From: Tubiluchus corallicola | Lineage: Eukaryota > Animalia > Priapulida | DNA length: 64,000 nucleotides | Direction of reading: 5' to 3' | Assembly (NCBI GenBank): GCA_030141605.1 | Contig: JAQGDQ010002369.1 | Location: forward strand, 434,001-498,000 | Shown: piece by piece, positions 29,571 through 39,628 of the stretch | How the letters are laid out: each line of letters begins with the position of its first letter | Numbering within the stretch: position 1 is the stretch's first letter | The notes under the pieces: model-generated | Seen by the model: the letters and a program-made list of their open reading frames with translations, nothing else | Databases searched by the model: none | Told to the model about the DNA's origin: nothing | Translations under genes and position numbers: made by a program

Positions 29571-30629
29571 TTACACAGAAGTTAAATGGGATTCTCCTAC
29601 TCCCTTTCCTGATTCTAAATCAACCATTCCAATTGTAATCTCATCTGTTGCTTCTCTCTCTGTACGTTCAGCTTTATAGTCATCCTCTAGCCCCGCTGCA
29701 CCGCCTGTGAGAGCTTCTGATTCAGCATCTCGCTGAGCGCGGATCTTCTCAACCATCATAAGCAGACGTCCTCTTGGTGTATCGGGTCTGCGAACGGGTG
29801 AAGAGGCACTAAGGCCACGCGATAAAACAGGAGGAGAAGGAGTACTATCAGGAGAACGAAGACTTTCGGTCGATTTGGCCTCTTCTTCAATGATAGCTCT
29901 TTCAACCTGTTGGAAATTTTCTGTTTTCAAGCACATTGACTGCATTCTTTTTGGACAGAGAACCCCTCGATAAGGTCGGGGCATCTGTTTGATTCTAGTC
30001 AAAATGGCTGGCCATTCCCTTTCTTGTACAAAAATACCAGGATTGACCGAACGAGAGAAGAGTTTCAAAATCTCGCAAGTACCACGCACAGATGGAATCA
30101 CATCATCCTGACTGTATAATGCTTTGAGATCTCCAATCGTTCGTTCATCTCTCCCCCAATTTTGCAGGTATCTTTCCTTGAGGCGGGACAATGCTGCCGC
30201 AGTTGCATAACTTGTCCAGGAAAGCCACTTTAAAGTACTGTCTGATGAACTGCCATCTTTGAAATTGTCCACTGTTTGAGAAATGAGTCCCACACTCCAT
30301 GCGACGAGTTCAAGAGCGGAAAAAGCATACGAGCGGGCTTTTTTGACAGGAATGCCTCCAACGGTATCTGTATTATAACGGTTAAGGATCTTGCCGGCGG
30401 CCTTATGGACAACATCCATGCGCTGTAAATTGTTCTCAATAGTACGTATGGACACATCCAGTCCCATACCTGCGATTCTTTCAGGATGTTCGGTATTTTC
30501 TTCCATCACTTCACTGATGGCTTTGATGGTTCTTTGAACTGTAGTATTTGCGGCATCCCAATCCGCAATATGCCGCGTAGTTGCTTCCAGCATGTCTGCA
30601 TTAGAATCACAAAATAGTCGTACGACCAT
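29571..30629 (-). CDS. Inc/effector-like hypothetical protein
   Basis: Likely start MVVRLF (30629). Paired hydrophobic segments and S/P-rich C-terminal region. Confidence 0.65.
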   Translation of the reverse strand: MVVRLFCDSNADMLEATTRHIADWDAANTTVQRTIKAISEVMEENTEHPERIAGMGLDVSIRTIENNLQRMDVVHKAAGKILNRYNTDTVGGIPVKKARSYAFSALELVAWSVGLISQTVDNFKDGSSSDSTLKWLSWTSYATAAALSRLKERYLQNWGRDERTIGDLKALYSQDDVIPSVRGTCEILKLFSRSVNPGIFVQEREWPAILTRIKQMPRPYRGVLCPKRMQSMCLKTENFQQVERAIIEEEAKSTESLRSPDSTPSPPVLSRGLSASSPVRRPDTPRGRLLMMVEKIRAQRDAESEALTGGAAGLEDDYKAERTEREATDEITIGMVDLESGKGVGESHLTSV

Positions 30630-30714
30630 AATAATCTCTCTTGAAAATGTTTTGGGGCGAGAGATTAAAATAATTTCTGCAATTTTGTAAAATATTTTTT
30701 TTTTTTTAAAGACT

Positions 30715-33243
30715 TCAGGTCTCGGAGAATGAATAGATAGGGAGGTCGGATGACTTCGAGGAGTTTGTAATTTGTGGCACATGATACAATGAGATGCATG
30801 TGAGAGATGATTTTTTTAAAATAGGGATGAGATTTTCCGAAACTTTCGGAAAATTATTCAAGGTTAGAATATTCAAGTGAGGGTTTTTTTCGATTAAAGA
30901 GGAGAGGGAAGCATCGGTAAGAAGAGTTCCATTGTCAAGTTTCAGAAGAACCAAGCGAGATGTCTTTTCTATGAGAGGAAGTAAATCTTCATCGGTGAGT
31001 TCTTGACAGTTCAAACCCAATGAAATGGTCTTCTCAAGGCATTCGGAAAAGAAAGAAAGGCCTTTAGGTGTGATTTCAGTTTCACAGAGATCGATCACTA
31101 GAGGTCTGGAAATCGCTCCTTCAAATGCATCTTTGGAAAGAGGTGTAGAAAATCCCTGAAGGCGAAAGTCATCGAGATCTTTACACTGTTTCAATAGATG
31201 CTGAATACCTTTCTCAGAAAGGGTATGACAATGAGAGAGGTGAAGGTATTTTAGAGAGGGACGATGTTTTGCAATCGAGGCGAGACTTCGGTCTGTGATT
31301 CCGGTGCAATGGGAAAGGTCGAGGGAGGTCAGACGTTTTCCTTTTTTGGCAACTTGAAGAATGTCTTCATCTGAAATGGATAGGTTGTGGGAAAGATCAA
31401 GTGAATAGGCAAACCGGATTTCTTTTCCCCAGTCATTTCCTTTCTGAATTCTCATTTGAGAGCATTTCAAATCAATTGGTGCGAACTTTTTCTTTTGATA
31501 CATGTGATTGACAGTGGAAAAAACATCCTTTGTCTCAACACGAAACTTTTGGGTTAGAGATGATCCATAGGAAAGGTCATTTCTTTCTTCAGGATCTGTC
31601 GATAGATCATAGAGTTCTTCTTTTTGGGTCTTTGTATTGTAAATGTATTTGTAACGGTCAGAGCGGAGGCCATATTGGCCTGAACCAAAGGGATTACAAA
31701 TGAAGACACTTTTTGTCTCTTTTCTCACTAGGCTTCTCCCCATGCTATGTTGAATTCCTTTGAGATTGAGCAGGTCCATCAACGTAGGAAGGAGATCGAT
31801 TTGCGAGCAGGGGGCATCAATTTTGCAGGGAGATTCTATTCCCTTTCCAAGGATGAGTAGAGGGGTTCTTATGTTCTCTTCATAGATGTATTCCAAATTG
31901 GATTCGATCTGATGTTCCCCCATGGCTGATCCATGGTCTCCAAGTATAAAGATGAGGGTGTTGTTCAACGCAGAGCTTTTTCTCATCTCTTCAATGAAAA
32001 ATTCCAGTTGTTTATCTGTATAATACAACGTAGAAAGGTACCGATGATAAGAGGAGTCTTTAGGTACGGAGAATGAGGGGACTTTAAATCCTGGGATGGG
32101 CTGCCATGGGTGGTGGTTTGAAATGGTAAACAGAGTAAGAAAAAATGGCTGTTTATTGGGATTATTCATCCAGTCAATGGCAAAGCGCATCAGATATTCA
32201 TCATGGACACCCCAGCTGGTAAAGCCGATGTCTGAAAAAGCTTTTTCCATTTCTTTTCTTCCAAAAAGATGGTCGAACCCATGATTCTGAAAGAACGTTT
32301 GTTGCCGGTCCATCGAGATGTAACTGTTGTGCATATAGGTTGTCTCATACCCGTGATCTTTCAGGAGTTTCGGTATTCCAATGAGCGGATAAGAAACGTA
32401 AGAATTCATATTTTTTGGACGGTATTCTGGGAGTACTCCGAAAAGGGAAGAGATCACTCCTTCGACAGTGAGAACTCCGTTGGAATAAAACTGAGAAAAG
32501 AAAATGCCCTCATCAGTCAGACGATCAAAATAGGGGGTTGGTTTATGGATCCCATTTACTTCTTTTGCCCGGAAAGATTCTAAGAAGAGAAAGATCACAT
32601 TGGACTTCGGTTGATTGTTCTCATAAGACCATGCCTTCTCTCCTTTGAACCCTTTTGTCCACCTCAATAAGGGATAATCGGAAGACGTCGGGATAAAAAC
32701 TTCATTCTTGGAGAAAAAGGAATCGGGTTTGTCTTCGGAGAAAGAAAAGCGTGTTTTAAGGAATCGCAGGAATGATTTTTGTTCTAGAATAAAGATGTTT
32801 TCTTCGGTTTTCGATGGCAACAGGAGGAAAGGAAAAATGGCGGCAATCCAAGGAAAAGAAATTTCGTTCCAATAGGGAGAAAAAACCAAAAAGTTCGTCA
32901 TGAGGAAAAAAGTCAGGATCCCAAGGATGAAGAGAAATCGGTAAAGGCCTCCTTCTTTGGCCGAATGAATGAAATTAGAGGGATGTAATAGCTGCCTTAG
33001 AAAGGAAAAGCGAAAACGTATCCGGGTATGTGCATAAAAGCAACCGTCCCAAAGAAGGTAACACTGCGTAAGGAAGAAGAGAGACAAAAATACTTTTTTC
33101 CCCAGAAGAGATGAAAGGATGAGAAGTTCTACCGCATAGAGAGTGTCCTGGAAAATCCCTGAAATAAAATGTGCTTTTTTAGGAAAAAGAAAAAGGCGTA
33201 ACGAGACAGGAAGCAATAAGGCTGTGAAAAAATAAGTTGTCAT
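30715..33243 (-). CDS. LtaS-like membrane phosphotransferase/sulfatase fused to C-terminal Cys-containing LRRs (paralog 2)
   Basis: N-terminal TMs; FLESFR, SNGVLT, TISNHHPW, GDHG, SQIDLLPT, ELYDL..DP.E; LRRs LTSLDLSHCTGITD, LKYLHLSHCHTLSE. Confidence 0.85.
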   Translation of the reverse strand: MTTYFFTALLLPVSLRLFLFPKKAHFISGIFQDTLYAVELLILSSLLGKKVFLSLFFLTQCYLLWDGCFYAHTRIRFRFSFLRQLLHPSNFIHSAKEGGLYRFLFILGILTFFLMTNFLVFSPYWNEISFPWIAAIFPFLLLPSKTEENIFILEQKSFLRFLKTRFSFSEDKPDSFFSKNEVFIPTSSDYPLLRWTKGFKGEKAWSYENNQPKSNVIFLFLESFRAKEVNGIHKPTPYFDRLTDEGIFFSQFYSNGVLTVEGVISSLFGVLPEYRPKNMNSYVSYPLIGIPKLLKDHGYETTYMHNSYISMDRQQTFFQNHGFDHLFGRKEMEKAFSDIGFTSWGVHDEYLMRFAIDWMNNPNKQPFFLTLFTISNHHPWQPIPGFKVPSFSVPKDSSYHRYLSTLYYTDKQLEFFIEEMRKSSALNNTLIFILGDHGSAMGEHQIESNLEYIYEENIRTPLLILGKGIESPCKIDAPCSQIDLLPTLMDLLNLKGIQHSMGRSLVRKETKSVFICNPFGSGQYGLRSDRYKYIYNTKTQKEELYDLSTDPEERNDLSYGSSLTQKFRVETKDVFSTVNHMYQKKKFAPIDLKCSQMRIQKGNDWGKEIRFAYSLDLSHNLSISDEDILQVAKKGKRLTSLDLSHCTGITDRSLASIAKHRPSLKYLHLSHCHTLSEKGIQHLLKQCKDLDDFRLQGFSTPLSKDAFEGAISRPLVIDLCETEITPKGLSFFSECLEKTISLGLNCQELTDEDLLPLIEKTSRLVLLKLDNGTLLTDASLSSLIEKNPHLNILTLNNFPKVSENLIPILKKSSLTCISLYHVPQITNSSKSSDLPIYSFSET

Positions 33244-33275
33244 AAAAACAACTTATCTAGCCCTTCGTTTAGATG

Positions 33276-35909
33276 TCAAACTCTATAGATAGAAAGACCC
33301 GGCCTTTGAAGGTTTTGGACGGCCTCAGCAGATATGTTGGGAGTAGAAAAAAGAAAGAGGTGGGAAAGGGGAAGATCCTTCAATACTTTTACGTTCTCGT
33401 CTGTAACTTTTGGAAGATTTTTCAATGTAACTCTTTCCATGGTTTTTTTGGGGAGAGACGAAAAGGAGGAGCCGTCAACATGAGGAAAATGGCAAAGAGT
33501 GAGCATTAATAGGTGAGGCATCTTTTTGAAGAGGTGAACCAGCGCTTTCTCTGAAAGATGATACCCATTCTCAAGATGAAGAACAGAAATAAGTTTTCCA
33601 TTTTCACCAATCAGTTGAAGAGCCTCGTCAGTGAGGTATTCGCAGTTCAATAACAAACCTTCCAGGCGTTTCATACAGGGAGTCAAATGTTTGATGCATT
33701 TGTCTGTTATTTTTTCAGCATCGATCAGATCGAGGTATCGAAGAGAAAATTGGGCCCCTTTGAAGGTGCCCTCTGAAAGGAATGTAAGCCCATTGAGTTT
33801 GAAATTCTCGAGCATTTTACATTTGCTGACTACCTGATTGATCCCTTCATCAGAGAGAGTATGGCAATGGGAGAGAGAAATAGCTTGAATATTGGGGCAA
33901 TGCTTCACTAGGGAAAACAGACTCTTGTCTGTTATACCCGTGCATTCAGAAAAATCGAGGTTCATGAAGTTTGAAGAATGGTTGAGAAGTGAGTCAATAG
34001 TGGAGTCCCGAAGGTTCAGATTCTTGGAAAAATCGAGATAGGAGGGAAGGTGATTCTCGTTCATCCATTGCTCAATCTCTTCTTCTTCCCAACCGGGAGG
34101 AATTCGGAAATCAATCAAATCCTGTGATTCTTTAGGAGAGAATTTTTTCTTTTGATAGAGGTGGTTGAAGTAGTGGGATATCTGAGTCACTTCTTCTCTA
34201 TATGCCTTGCAAAGATCCTGGTTTTGGGAAGATAGGTTTTGAGTTTCTCCGGGATCTTTTGAAAGATCAAAGAGTTCCTCTTTTTGTGTTTTTGTATTGA
34301 GAGTGTATTTAGCATTTTGAGAACGGAGTCCGAGGTATCCTTCTCCAAAAGGATTGAAAAAATGGACGTTCTTCTTCTCTTTTCTCATCAGGCTTCTTCC
34401 TATGGAATGGTTTGTTCCCTTTAACTTCAAAAGATCACAGACAGTGGGAAGAAGGTCAATTTGAGAGCTTGGTTGATCAATGATAGCAGGGGATACTTTA
34501 TCGCCGAGGATAAGCAGAGGAACTCGTATGTTTTCTTCATAAAGGTATTCAAGATTGGTCTCGTTCGTATGATGTTCCCTCATCGAAGCACCATGGTCAC
34601 CAAGAAGAAAAATATAAGTATTTTTCATAAGGTCGCATTTTCTTAGTTCATCGATGAAATATCCGATCCAGTAATCCAAATAATAAAGGGTCGAAAGATA
34701 ACGATGATAAGTCGAATCTTTAGGGACTTGGAAATCGGGTACGGTAAAATCTTTGATGGGCAGCCAGGGATGGTGGTTGCTGATCGTAAAGAGAGAGAGA
34801 AAAAACGGACTCTGGGTTTTTTTTTCCATCCACTGAAGAGCATAACGGATCAAATATTCATCATCGACTCCCCAGCTTGTGAAAGATGCTTGGGGAAAGG
34901 CAGCACAAATTTCATTTCTCCAGTGAAGGTTGTCACACCCTAAATTTTTGAAGAAGCAGTGCTGTCTGTCCATGAGATAGTATCCATTGTGCATGAAATG
35001 TGTCTCGTAGCCTTGATTTTTCATCAAGTCTCCCAGTCCGATTAGTGGAAAGGAGGTATAGGAAATCATGTTCTTCGGTTTTTGCTCGGGTAGTATTCCA
35101 GTAAGAGAGGAAAGGGCTCCATGGGCTGTGATCACTCCATTGGCATAGAAATCTGAAAAGTAAACCCCTTCTTTTGAGAGCCGGTCGAATTGAGGAGTGG
35201 CTTTATGGGGAGATCCCATACGAGAGAGTTCTTTTGCACGAAAAGACTCCATAAATAAAAAGATAAGGTTTGGTTTTTCCTCCTTTTGGGGAAAGGAAAA
35301 GAGTTTCTCTCCCTGAAACCCTGCCGTCCATTTCAGCAGGGGATATTCCTTGGAAACTTTTGTGGAGATTTCCGTTTGAGAATCGAGAGAAAGAGTGTTC
35401 TTTTTTGAAAATAGCCTCAATAACAGATTGGAGATGCCTTCTCTTTGGATGAACACATTAATATTTTCCTGGGCGTTCGTTCGCATCAATAAAAAAGGAA
35501 GGAAAAGAAAAAGAAAATAGAAGTGAGGGCCATTCCAGAAAGAAGAAAGAAAATAGATCGAGCAGGCCAGATAGGAACTAAGGGCAAGAAGGATGATGAA
35601 AAAAGAGAAGAGACCTGCATTTTGGGCTGATTGAAAAAAGCTTTGTGGATGGACCAGTTGCTTGAAAAAAGAAAGGCGGAAACGGACTTGGGTGTGGGCG
35701 TAGAAGAAGGCGTCGATCAAAATGTAAAACTGGGAGAGGCAAAAGAGAGTAAGAAAAACCGGTTTGGGAACTAGAGAAAGGAGCAAAAAAAGCTCCACTG
35801 CATAAAGGAGATCCTCAAAGAGACCTGCCAAGCTTTTCTTTTTAGGAAAAAGAAAGAGACGAACGGATAGGGGAAGTAAAAGGGCGGCGGCAAAAAAAGT
35901 GTATTGCAT
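33276..35909 (-). CDS. LtaS-like membrane phosphotransferase/sulfatase fused to C-terminal Cys-containing LRRs (paralog 1)
   Basis: Same architecture: FMESFR, ANGVIT, TISNHHPW, GDHG; LDFSECTGITD, ISLSHCHTLSD, NCEYLTD, LKNLPKVTD. Confidence 0.85.
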   Translation of the reverse strand: MQYTFFAAALLLPLSVRLFLFPKKKSLAGLFEDLLYAVELFLLLSLVPKPVFLTLFCLSQFYILIDAFFYAHTQVRFRLSFFKQLVHPQSFFQSAQNAGLFSFFIILLALSSYLACSIYFLSSFWNGPHFYFLFLFLPFLLMRTNAQENINVFIQREGISNLLLRLFSKKNTLSLDSQTEISTKVSKEYPLLKWTAGFQGEKLFSFPQKEEKPNLIFLFMESFRAKELSRMGSPHKATPQFDRLSKEGVYFSDFYANGVITAHGALSSLTGILPEQKPKNMISYTSFPLIGLGDLMKNQGYETHFMHNGYYLMDRQHCFFKNLGCDNLHWRNEICAAFPQASFTSWGVDDEYLIRYALQWMEKKTQSPFFLSLFTISNHHPWLPIKDFTVPDFQVPKDSTYHRYLSTLYYLDYWIGYFIDELRKCDLMKNTYIFLLGDHGASMREHHTNETNLEYLYEENIRVPLLILGDKVSPAIIDQPSSQIDLLPTVCDLLKLKGTNHSIGRSLMRKEKKNVHFFNPFGEGYLGLRSQNAKYTLNTKTQKEELFDLSKDPGETQNLSSQNQDLCKAYREEVTQISHYFNHLYQKKKFSPKESQDLIDFRIPPGWEEEEIEQWMNENHLPSYLDFSKNLNLRDSTIDSLLNHSSNFMNLDFSECTGITDKSLFSLVKHCPNIQAISLSHCHTLSDEGINQVVSKCKMLENFKLNGLTFLSEGTFKGAQFSLRYLDLIDAEKITDKCIKHLTPCMKRLEGLLLNCEYLTDEALQLIGENGKLISVLHLENGYHLSEKALVHLFKKMPHLLMLTLCHFPHVDGSSFSSLPKKTMERVTLKNLPKVTDENVKVLKDLPLSHLFLFSTPNISAEAVQNLQRPGLSIYRV

Positions 35910-36006
35910 CGAGTTTTATCCGGATATTGTATATCGATCACGATCGATATAGACCATATTTCATCAGGAGAGATTTGAAAGGGAGAAAAAAGAGTAATTT
36001 CTGAAA

Positions 36007-37104
36007 TTAAAAATCAAACCTTACGGTAGCTGTGAGTCCTAATAGGTAAAGATCGCCAATGTTTCCATCTGATCTGAATTCTTTGGAATCGGATAACTTT
36101 CTCATCATGTTCTGATTCCAATAGATCTGATAGTCAAAGGACGTCTCGATATCCATGTGCCAGCTTGTTCTGCCAAAATAAGTTCCCCATCCGGTGCCAA
36201 AACGCAGATCAACGTTAGGACGGAGATAAGCAACCGTATTTTTCATATCAAAGGCAAAGGGGAGGCTAGGCGTTAAAGCTTCTTCTCTAAGTGAGACCTT
36301 ATATCGTGTATAAAGAAGAGAGCCTGCTACAGTTCCAAGAATTCGGAAACCACTGCCCAACATCCAAAGGGTATCAATTCCAACTCTTGGGCCGAGGAGC
36401 CAGGATCTTGACTTATTTCGGTTAGAGACGGAAATAGGGGGAGTATTGCCAAGAGGGGTACGAAAGAAAGTTCCGGTGAGGTTGTACTTTTGATTGATCC
36501 AACCTCCCTTTCCTCCAAAATAAGGACGGAAGATCAAAGATTTTCCTACATAACAGGAGCGGGTAGCTGCAAAATCGATCAGGTCCATCCTCAATCTCCA
36601 TGTAGAAGAGATTCCCGTACAGAGTCCAAGGAATGCATTGTTAAATTCAAACCATATGGGAATAAGTGATCCGTTTGGGGGAGATCCTCTACTGTGAGCG
36701 GTTCGTGAGCGAAACCAGGTATATTCAGCCATAAAGCCCCAATCATCATAATTGGAAAAAAGGCCCGCTCCTACTTTAAAGCCAGGCTTGTATCGAAAAC
36801 GCATGTTGATTTGTTCGCCCTGAAAGGGTCGAACACCCACTCCTCTTGGAACGCTGTTTGAAAAGGCAAGCTCCAAACCTTCTTCCCTTGCCTGCCAATA
36901 AGTGAATGTTCCTGAAAAGAAAATATCCCAACTGCTTCTCACGTCGATTCTGGCTGGAGCATTGTATGATCCGGTCATTTGAGTCTCTTGCATAGGATAT
37001 CCTTGATCATACGTTCGCACCTTGAATCCAGTGGAAGTTTTCGTGTATTGGGCAAATCCCAAACTGCTGCAGAGAATCGTGAGAAGAAACAGGATCCGTT
37101 TCAT
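36007..37104 (-). CDS. MOMP-like (Lpg1974 family) outer-membrane porin
   Basis: Signal peptide; YNAPARIDV, FTYWQARE.GL, YKPGFKVG, GPRVG, terminal GLTATVRFDF. Confidence 0.85.
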   Translation of the reverse strand: MKRILFLLTILCSSLGFAQYTKTSTGFKVRTYDQGYPMQETQMTGSYNAPARIDVRSSWDIFFSGTFTYWQAREEGLELAFSNSVPRGVGVRPFQGEQINMRFRYKPGFKVGAGLFSNYDDWGFMAEYTWFRSRTAHSRGSPPNGSLIPIWFEFNNAFLGLCTGISSTWRLRMDLIDFAATRSCYVGKSLIFRPYFGGKGGWINQKYNLTGTFFRTPLGNTPPISVSNRNKSRSWLLGPRVGIDTLWMLGSGFRILGTVAGSLLYTRYKVSLREEALTPSLPFAFDMKNTVAYLRPNVDLRFGTGWGTYFGRTSWHMDIETSFDYQIYWNQNMMRKLSDSKEFRSDGNIGDLYLLGLTATVRFDF

Positions 37105-37373
37105 GAGTATTCCTCTAAAATAGGAGGTTCAAAAAATTTCAGAATATTTTGTTAATTTCTTTTTTTCAATGTTGAACCCATATCACATAAATTTTTTATT
37201 CTTTTAAAGAAGCTTTTCCTTAATCAAACGTTAATCCTTTTTTCCTAAACTTTTCGCGAAAAATATAAAAATAGGATAGGTGAAGAATAAGTCTATTAAA
37301 TTTTTTCTTCTCATAGAAGGAAAAGAAATAAGGGCTTATTCTATTCGTCCAAAAAAAGAAAAAAAGAGTTACA

Positions 37374-39407
37374 ATGTCACATCCAGTTGTTTCCCAAACC
37401 TCTCAACTTGCAGAAGTTCCAAAAACTCCTTTAGCTGATACGCAAAAGGCAGAGAAGTGGACTTACTTCCAACCAAATCTTTCTTTAACACGGGCTCTAG
37501 TAAGCCATGCTGAAAGCACAGCTGCCAAGGTTGTCGCAGTCGCAGTCGGGACTCTCCTGGCTATTGTGGAAATGTTTATTTTAATCCCAGTGAAAATGAC
37601 TTTGGGAAATGCTGTGGTCTGGGTGGGAAATCGATGTGTTTTGGAACATGATCGGAAAGAGAGAATTGCTGAAGTCGTTCATCCTACCGTCGAAGAGGTG
37701 AGACCAGCTCCGACCAAAGGCGTTGTAGAAGTAAGCGATCCTGTGGTGCTTGCTGCACCGCAGCAACTAGGTCGAATTGACATCGAGATTCAGAGGCCCA
37801 CAGAGACGCAACCCCTCCGTGTAACAACTTATGTATTTGCCAGACCGGAAGAAGCGGCCGAGCACCAGCAGATCATCGATCAAGCCAATCATGATATGAG
37901 AATGAGGGCAGCTGCAATAAATGCCCAAACAGGTGCCAAACCAGGCGATAAGAATTATGCAGATCCTGAGGTTCATCGATTTGTTCTCAAGACAAACGAC
38001 TCTGATGAAGAAGGTTGGCAAACTGTCCAGGAAGAATCAATCCTCTTAGGCGCAGCTCGTGTACAGATGCATAAAAAGGTATCAACAGACGGCAGCCGCC
38101 AGTTGGTTCAACAGCGTCTTTGGACGAATCCGACTGAAGATAATCCTACAGGAGAAGTGACCCAGGATGAAATGGCGTTGATCTTTCAAGAGCTTGCCAA
38201 CGGAACGTTGGTAAGAAATCAACCTCCCTCTGAAACATCAGAGGACGTTCCGACCTCCGCCGAGGAGCAGGCTGCGGTTCAGACTATGTCACAATTGGCT
38301 GCAAAAACCGGAATGGCTGGTGCAACTGCGCTTCTTGCTCTAGGAACATTGAATCTTTGCGGATATGAATCCTATCTGGTCCGATGTGCACTAAGTGCTC
38401 TTGCCGGATATTCGGTTTATAAAGAAGCCAACCGATCTATGAAGCAAGGAGGAGAACTTGCTGCAAAAGAAGCCTTGGCCATGGCAGGTATTCTCGGGGT
38501 CCACAAAGCGGCAGAAATGACAAACAGGAATCATTGGCTCACCTTGGTAGCCTCTACTGTTATTTTCTCTGCCAGTGTAACTAAAGAAGTTCTATCGCAA
38601 CCAACAGTTCCTAAAGCGGCCAAGTCGACAGCTGCTTCCCTTACATCTTTAGCTGCAGGAGTTGGGTCCTATTATGCAGCGCTACAGTTTGGGGTGACAT
38701 CACAAGCCTTGACAGTACCTCTGTTCATGAGCACGTTCTCTCAAACCAAGTGGGCCCTTCAGGCTCCGACTTGGGCCGATACTCTCAAGGGAATGGCCAA
38801 GGCTGGACTGACATTGGGAGTTGGTATTGGTGTCAATTATGGCTTGAAATATCTTGGTGTACAGTCGGACCTTGCTAGCGAAATGTTATCCTCTGCAGCC
38901 ACCACTTCTGTTTCTGTAACAGGCGCGCTCTATGCCCCTAGTTGGGAAGACGCGGCCAACAGAGTCAAAAAGACGACCCTTGGCCTGGGACTTGGAGCCG
39001 CAGCGCATCATTCTTATGCCCTTCTCGGTGTTTCTCCTATGGGGCAGTTCTGCGATTCAGCATGTAATTGTATTCCTCAGGAAAGTTTCTTGAACCCGAT
39101 GCTTTCAAATATGGCATTTAGTCAGGCTCATATGCCTCGAAAGGGAACCGAAGGCGAACAGTCTGTAGAGGCTGTGAAAGAGGTTGCTAAAGGTGTGTTG
39201 ACGAACTCAGCAATCTATGCGGGAGTAAACTACCTCGCCCTGCCTTTAGTGCACGCTGCAGGTGCCTACATGGGCTATCCAAGTATGACATGTATGAGTG
39301 TAGAAGCCTTAGCCATGCCAGCATTGATGGGTTATAGCATCTATCGAAGCGGCCAAGCTTATCAAAAGTTGGCAGGCGAAGCTATTGAACATGTCAGATG
39401 GGACTAA
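37374..39407 (+). CDS. Large effector-like protein with repeated hydrophobic helical units
   Basis: 677 aa; S/Q/P-rich N-terminus, early hydrophobic hairpin, ~55-aa G/A-rich repeats in the C-terminal half. Confidence 0.75.
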   Translation: MSHPVVSQTSQLAEVPKTPLADTQKAEKWTYFQPNLSLTRALVSHAESTAAKVVAVAVGTLLAIVEMFILIPVKMTLGNAVVWVGNRCVLEHDRKERIAEVVHPTVEEVRPAPTKGVVEVSDPVVLAAPQQLGRIDIEIQRPTETQPLRVTTYVFARPEEAAEHQQIIDQANHDMRMRAAAINAQTGAKPGDKNYADPEVHRFVLKTNDSDEEGWQTVQEESILLGAARVQMHKKVSTDGSRQLVQQRLWTNPTEDNPTGEVTQDEMALIFQELANGTLVRNQPPSETSEDVPTSAEEQAAVQTMSQLAAKTGMAGATALLALGTLNLCGYESYLVRCALSALAGYSVYKEANRSMKQGGELAAKEALAMAGILGVHKAAEMTNRNHWLTLVASTVIFSASVTKEVLSQPTVPKAAKSTAASLTSLAAGVGSYYAALQFGVTSQALTVPLFMSTFSQTKWALQAPTWADTLKGMAKAGLTLGVGIGVNYGLKYLGVQSDLASEMLSSAATTSVSVTGALYAPSWEDAANRVKKTTLGLGLGAAAHHSYALLGVSPMGQFCDSACNCIPQESFLNPMLSNMAFSQAHMPRKGTEGEQSVEAVKEVAKGVLTNSAIYAGVNYLALPLVHAAGAYMGYPSMTCMSVEALAMPALMGYSIYRSGQAYQKLAGEAIEHVRWD

Positions 39408-39628
39408 AATCATCCATTGATGCGGTCCTAAACCTGTTCTCGAATCGACTTCATTATATCTTATGGGTATTTCTCTTATATTAAAAAAACTACTACCTAT
39501 TCGTTTTAATGTTCTTACTTGAGAATTATTCGATCTTATTTAAAAATGCCTCTTTTTAAGTTACTATTTTTATAAAACATGAAGAATAAAATAAATTATT
39601 TTGTATAATTTGTTGAGGTAAAAAAAAT

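Noticed and set aside
30630-30782. N-terminal extension of the 403-aa ORF
   Set aside because: Overlaps the upstream gene end and an A/T homopolymer spacer; MVVRLF at 30629 has a plausible RBS.
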